The position numbers and the translations under genes are program-made. The notes under the pieces were generated by a model. That model searched no databases, was not told the origin of the DNA, and worked only from the letters and a program-made list of their open reading frames with translations. Positions 58,431-64,000 of a DNA stretch of 64,000 nt are shown here, one piece after another. Location: NCBI RefSeq assembly GCF_009914755.1, contig NC_060938.1. One strand, 5' to 3'. How positions within the stretch are numbered: the first letter of the stretch is position 1; every line of letters starts with the position of its first letter. The stretch comes from the human T2T-CHM13v2.0 reference genome, Homo sapiens.

Positions 58431-59058
58431 GGAGAAAGTTACAAACGGAATCAAATGTGTTAGTAGTTGAGGGAAAAGCAAATATTGAATACGACCCATA
58501 GATCTTGGATAAACCAGTGTTTGGTAGTAGCTTACATAAAAGGTTGTGACAAAATAACCAGAGATATGTGGAGAAAATAATAACTGAGTGTTATATTTCC
58601 TCTCAGTAGAAACCTAAAAAAAAAAATGTAATCACATACTGATCTTTTAACTGACCTCCACTTATCTTGCTGCCTGGATTGGTATATATAGTCCTCTGCC
58701 TGAAAAATTGCTCAACACTTTTGAAAGGTTGTTTCTCACTGTTACTCCCAGGCATTTCTGCTAACACCAGCTGAGTTGTAAGGGGCCCTCCAGGAGGCCT
58801 AGGTTGTTCTCCTTATCACATATATTATTTTCATTTATCAATTTACCCAGAACATCTAATGAAATATTATGGACACCAATAACATGAATACAAATACAGC
58901 TATAGTCCCTAAAAAGTAAATTGATGTCTCTTGAAAGACTGTCATGTCTTAGATGCTAAATTTGGAGTATGTGTTTCTAATAAATAAATAGCTTGCTTTA
59001 ATAATTCTGATTTATGAATGTAATATAGGGGAGCAGCTTTTATTTCATCCTTAATCTT

Positions 59059-59229
59059 AAAAAACAATTAGCCGGGTGTGGTGGCGGGCACCTGTAGTCC
59101 CAGCTACTCAGGAGGCTGAAGCAGAAGGATGGTGTGCACCTGGGAGGCGGAGCTTGCTGTAAGCCAAAATTGTGCCACTGCACTCCAGCCTGAGTGACAG
59201 TGTGAGACTCTGTCTCAAAAAAAAAAAAA
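59059..59229 (+). mobile_element. 5'-truncated Alu (right arm only, AluY-like)
   Basis: AATTAGCCGGGTGTGGTGGCGGGCACCTGTAGTCCC...GATGGTGTG.ACCTGGGAGGCGGAGCTTGC, with an A13 tail. Confidence 0.88.
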
Positions 59230-59637
59230 GATCATACAAGGAGTAAATGATGATTTAGCATAAAACACAACTTGAGCCTAAAACACAGATCATAGGGCTC
59301 AAACTTTGTTATTTTATGGGATTATACTAACCAGTTAATATTCAAAATTTACCATTTCAAAAGAAGAAATATTGGTCTGGGAAAATTGCCATTGCTTATA
59401 CAGAAGAATGGAGGAATCTTTTTGAGAACAACAATTCTAATGATCTTCTTCATCACTGGTTCCAAAACCAAGCCCATGGAAGGCCTGCATAGGGATAATG
59501 TGGAGAACATGCAAAAGAAATACACATCACCAGCTCCTCAACTCAGAGCTCCAAGGGAATGGCCAAGGAAGCTGTATTGTCCTAAGAAATTTGAGACTGT
59601 TTTGACTTACAATAAATCCTGCTCAATCATATGTATG

Positions 59638-59640
<3 letters not shown>

Positions 59641-59688
<48 letters not shown>

Positions 59689-59692
59689 AGAG
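59641..59692. repeat. (AC)22(AG)4 microsatellite
   Basis: Perfect dinucleotide run. Confidence 0.95.
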
Positions 59693-60188
59693 ACGGTGTT
59701 GTCAGTGAAGCCTCTAACATTGCATCTTGACTGGACAGATTTGACAATTAAAATGGCTGGAAGAAAATAGGTTTCATAAGTGTCACTTACTATTCACATT
59801 ACACATTAAAAGGACATCTCCTAAATTAAATCTTGTCTATGATAAAAAGGCAGAAAATCATGACCCAAGGCTCATTTATAACTGCAGAAATGTTCAAGAT
59901 AGACCAATGCTTGCTATGTTTAGGAAGTGACAAGAAAGTACAGGTCTTTATAATCTACCATTTTGCCCCTTTTGATACCAGGTGACCTTCATAATGCAGG
60001 CTATAGAGAATTACAAGATTTGTCAGAGATTTCAGGTCTTTGGAAAGCTATGCTCTTTCACAAGAACAGCCATGGAAACAGGAAGAAAGTCAATTCCCAC
60101 TTAAGGTAATCAGAATTTACAAATATTCCTTTCTTCATTGAAATCTCAATAGGCACTTCGATATTATATTTAATTAATTCTTTTGTTA

Positions 60189-60563
60189 CAATCATGCATC
60201 ACATAACAACATTTTGGTCAAGGATAGTGCACTTGTATGACAGTGGTGCAATAAAATCATAACACTGTATTTGTACTGTACCTCTTGTATGTTTAGACAT
60301 GTATAGATACACTTACTGTATAGATATAAGTAAGTATAGATATACTTGACTGTTGTGTTACAATTGCCTACAGTATTCAGTACAGTAATATGCTGCACAG
60401 GTTTGTAGCCTAGGAGGAATAGGCTATACCACCTAACCTAGGTATGTAATCAGCTATAGCATCTAGGTTTGTGTAAGTAAACTCTGTGATGTTCATACAA
60501 TAATAAAATTGTCCAGCAATGCATTTCTCAGACACACCCCTGTCATTAAGTGACACATGACTG
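60189..60563 (+). mobile_element. Tigger3a (MER7A) MITE
   Basis: Terminal inverted repeats CAATCATGCATCACATAAC... / ...TTAAGTGACACATGACTG with TA on both sides. Internal TTACAATTGCCTACAGTATTCAGTACAGTAA...GGTTTGTAGCCTAGGAG. Confidence 0.85.
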
Positions 60564-62484
60564 TATTAGTTAACACTATGGGAACTTCATGGGAAATGGA
60601 AACTCTAGCTCCACCATAAATAGAAACTGTTTATGTCAAAAAACACATAAAAGCATAGTTGCAAGATTACAATTCCTTCCAGATATTTCATTTAGTACCT
60701 CCACAGATCATTAACTTCCTGAATAGCATTCTTGTGTTTCCACTGCCTCACATTTGATTTCAGGTCATTCCATCAATTGTCAAAGATGCATCCAACATTA
60801 ACTTTCCAACTACTGGTTTGGATTGTGTCAACATTGTCATTCTGGGCCACAACAACACAAAAGGCTAACTCAGTGAGGTAACATAGACACTGATCAGTGA
60901 GATTTTGCTGATGGGTGGTACCATTTTTTACCAAGATCAAGGGTATTCATACCTTCAGGCATCTAGATAACATTGAAAAGGGCAGGTTCATAGATAAAAA
61001 GGGAAAGAGGAAGGGTTTTTGCAGTATATATGAGCTACCATGTCTCCTGTTTAACCTGAGTCTGAAGAGATTCAAAGTGCAGGTGCCATGAATGCCTCTT
61101 TAATAGCTCCATGTCGATTGATTTTCTGGGCTACACTTCACAGCATTCAAATTGCTAAATGCATATAAACTAGTAGTGGATATTTATTACCTGGATTTGT
61201 GCTTCTGAGTGACCTTATCTATAGTTATGTGCTTCAGTGATCCAACTTGGGGTGCACTCCAAACTTTGATAAATTAAAGACCCTGCATATTCCTTGAGTA
61301 ATGCTACACTGACAACTGATTTAGTGAATGCCACTGTGAAAATAATAAACCTCTTGGTGAATATATTTAGACATGTCTTGGAACCTGTACACATCTTAAC
61401 CAGGGATGTTACTTGGTCTTTTTATGTTCAGGAGTGTCTGGAGATAGAAAAACATACAGGATTGTAATTGTTGCCTGTGAGACTAACAGAAAATTCAAGC
61501 TAGTGAAGTATGTTTATGCATGGCACACTTCTCACCAGCAATTTTAGGAAGTTCTACCCACAACCCATATGTCTTTTGATATGTGGGTTACCTTGGAGAG
61601 AGAAAAAGAAACTCTGAACACAAGCATGAAATACTTTCGAATTTTATCTAGAGTTGGACTTGTCCAAAAGCTTTTGTATAAACTTGCTTGATGAGGAACT
61701 GTTGTCCACTGGTACCTTCACCGTACAATCCACACACAACCAAACTTCACAACTGGACACCTAAATTTGCACTTTGTTTGGTAAAGTTGAATGAAAAATG
61801 TTGTCTTTTAAGCTTATGTTCTCTTATGAAAGCTGTTATTAGATTAATTTTACTCCAAGATATGCCAGTTAGGAAATAACTTCCCATTTAATTTCACCAG
61901 CTCCCTGTGGGTGGACTAATTACTCATACATCACACTTACTCTGGTGGTGAAATGCCTCAAAAGAAGGTCTCCAGAGTGTTGCTTTACCTAGAAGGACAA
62001 GAATGAAGAGACATAAAAATCATTCATTAAGAAGGAAGAAGATTTTCCTTGCCTAGATTTTCACTTGTAGGATCCAATTAATTTTATCACTTAATATTTT
62101 GTCCTGGTGGGCATTCACTTTACAAATTTGTAAGGTCAGTAGAAATGGAAACTTTTGGAAATCAAACTGTAAATGTTCTGTAGACGTTGACAGAAATAGC
62201 TATTTGGAGCTGCGCTTTTACCAACTAGACACTCTGAGAAAATCTGTGAGAGGATATTTTCAGGAAGTCATTGAACCCCCTAAAAATCAAGTTTATTGCT
62301 TTTACCATAAATATAAATAATTTATTTATTATCAACCACTTTCAATATTCGAATAAGTAACTTTATTGTTTATTTCATTGACATGATCTACATAGACATG
62401 CAATTTATCTTCTTTTGCGATACATTCAGAAAATTTGCTGCCTGAAAAAGCCATGTTTTGAAATTACCACCTGTTTGATGATTG

Positions 62485-62729
62485 TTTTTTTATACTTTAA
62501 GTTTTAGGGCACATGTGCACAACGTGCAGTTTAGTTACATATGTATACATGTGCCATGTTGGTGTGCTGCACCCATTAACTCGTCATTTAGCATTAGGTA
62601 TATCTCCTAATGCTATCCCTACCCCCTCCCCCCACCCCGCAACAGGCCCTGGTGTGTGATGTTCCCCTTCCTGTGTGCATGTGTTCTCATTGTTCAATTC
62701 CCACCTATGAGTGAGAACATGCAGTGTTT
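62485..62729 (-). mobile_element. Short L1PA2/3-like 3' end (~245 bp)
   Basis: TATACTTTAAGTTTTAGGG.ACATGTGCAC...CATTTAGCATTAGGTATATCTCCTAATGC...GAGTGAGAACATGCAGTGTTT. Confidence 0.92.
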
Positions 62730-64000
62730 CATTTCCACTTAAGTATCTATCTCTATTTGTCCTTTATTTTCACTTCCATCCTAGCTCTATCCCTTGTCTC
62801 CTTCGTGTGTCTCAGGATAAGTGCCCTATAACATTTTATACTTCTGGAAACCCTTCAATATAATGTTATTACATGTAAAAATAAAAAGTCTGTTTTAGCG
62901 AACTCTTTCTTCACAAATTATCTTTTCCTAGTTCCCTATTAGACAATTTTTGTAGGCTCCATATGCTATTAATTTATATTCACTTTTAGAAGAATTTTCA
63001 TCAAAAGCAAAAGTCTTATGTAAATTGTTTATATGCTATTTGTACTTCTGTGTATATATACACGCATAGCCACATACATATATGTAACTCCAGAGGCCTG
63101 CCTGGACTGTTAAATAACTGTATTGAACAAGAGCAAGAAAAAGCTGTTCAAATTTCAAACAACAAGTTGAACTGAAGAGCTCACATCTTTGAATGAAATA
63201 GACACTAGTAGCCTTTAAAAATTAAACATTTCTACTGTTTTAAAAAATTATAGGCATCATAGTATGAGGAAAAAATGTAATAATCCTTTTTAATTCTTGC
63301 CATTTTATTAACCACGGACTCCTTATGCCCTGACTTCATTGGTACCCCTTTGAGATTAAACAGAACAATTAATTTAAAATTCTGATAAATAAATAAATTG
63401 CACCATTTACTTGAGGTACTCTTTCACCTTTCAAGAAATATTTTGAGAATTCATTAGCTAAATATTGCTATAATGCAGGCTAGTAATAAATAGAAATAAT
63501 GATTTCATTGTAAAGTTTAAACTAATGATGGTATGATCTGGAATTTTTGTTAACCTAGAAGACATAATTAGCTCTACAGGTGAAATGAAAGACAAAATCA
63601 CTTCACATATTAGTAAAAAACAAATAATATAACTTTATAAGCTACTGCTGTTCTTTTGCTGTTAAGAACCAATGACATCTGTAATTAGGGAAGATTATGG
63701 AAAGGTTAAAGGTGAGAATACATGCAGTCTATATACAGGAAACCCAAACTGTTTAGGTTAAGGAAATGTCTGCAAAAGTCATATTAATTAGCAGGTTCAC
63801 AGGAAACTAACATTTATTGTATAAATTCCATGGTCAAATGTATTAGGGCTCCACGCACACAACTGTGCGCCATCTATGTTACCACACAGTGCTTACTTCT
63901 TTCAGTCTTTATTCATTTCTCTCCTAATGGTCTGTATGGTATTATTACATAGTTGTAAAAACCTTCCATGAGGCAGAAATTTCATTTAATGATACAGCTT

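Overview
Primate (human/great-ape-like) pericentromeric-type junction, not a prokaryotic locus. Positions 1-27420 are a diverged satellite III (HSat3)-like pentamer array, with GGAAT heavily mixed with GGAGT and the G-rich strand on +. About every 400 bp (about 67 copies counted by eye) it is punctuated by a co-oriented ~60-75 bp cassette that is the CpG-decayed 3' end of an Alu, whose A-tail runs directly into the GGAAT repeats. Cassette variants recur in a fixed order, revealing a higher-order structure of ~2-4.6 kb. The array ends abruptly, via a 5-bp microhomology, in an internal L1 ORF2 fragment. Positions 27421-64000 are AT-rich, transposon-littered DNA: a full-length but inactivated L1PA3/4 (44218-50341), three truncated L1PA 3' ends, five Alus, MER34/39- and MER21-type solo LTRs, MER5A, MER47A, Tigger3a, and MIR, L2 and L1M relics. 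No intact protein-coding gene is supported; the long ORFs in the satellite are artefacts of the pentamer periodicity. The most notable observations are the Alu-tail/pentamer composite satellite and its higher-order code, a templated copy of flanking DNA inside an LTR, and a possible L1 antisense-promoter-to-satellite splicing route. All subfamily calls and copy counts are by eye and need RepeatMasker/Dfam confirmation.
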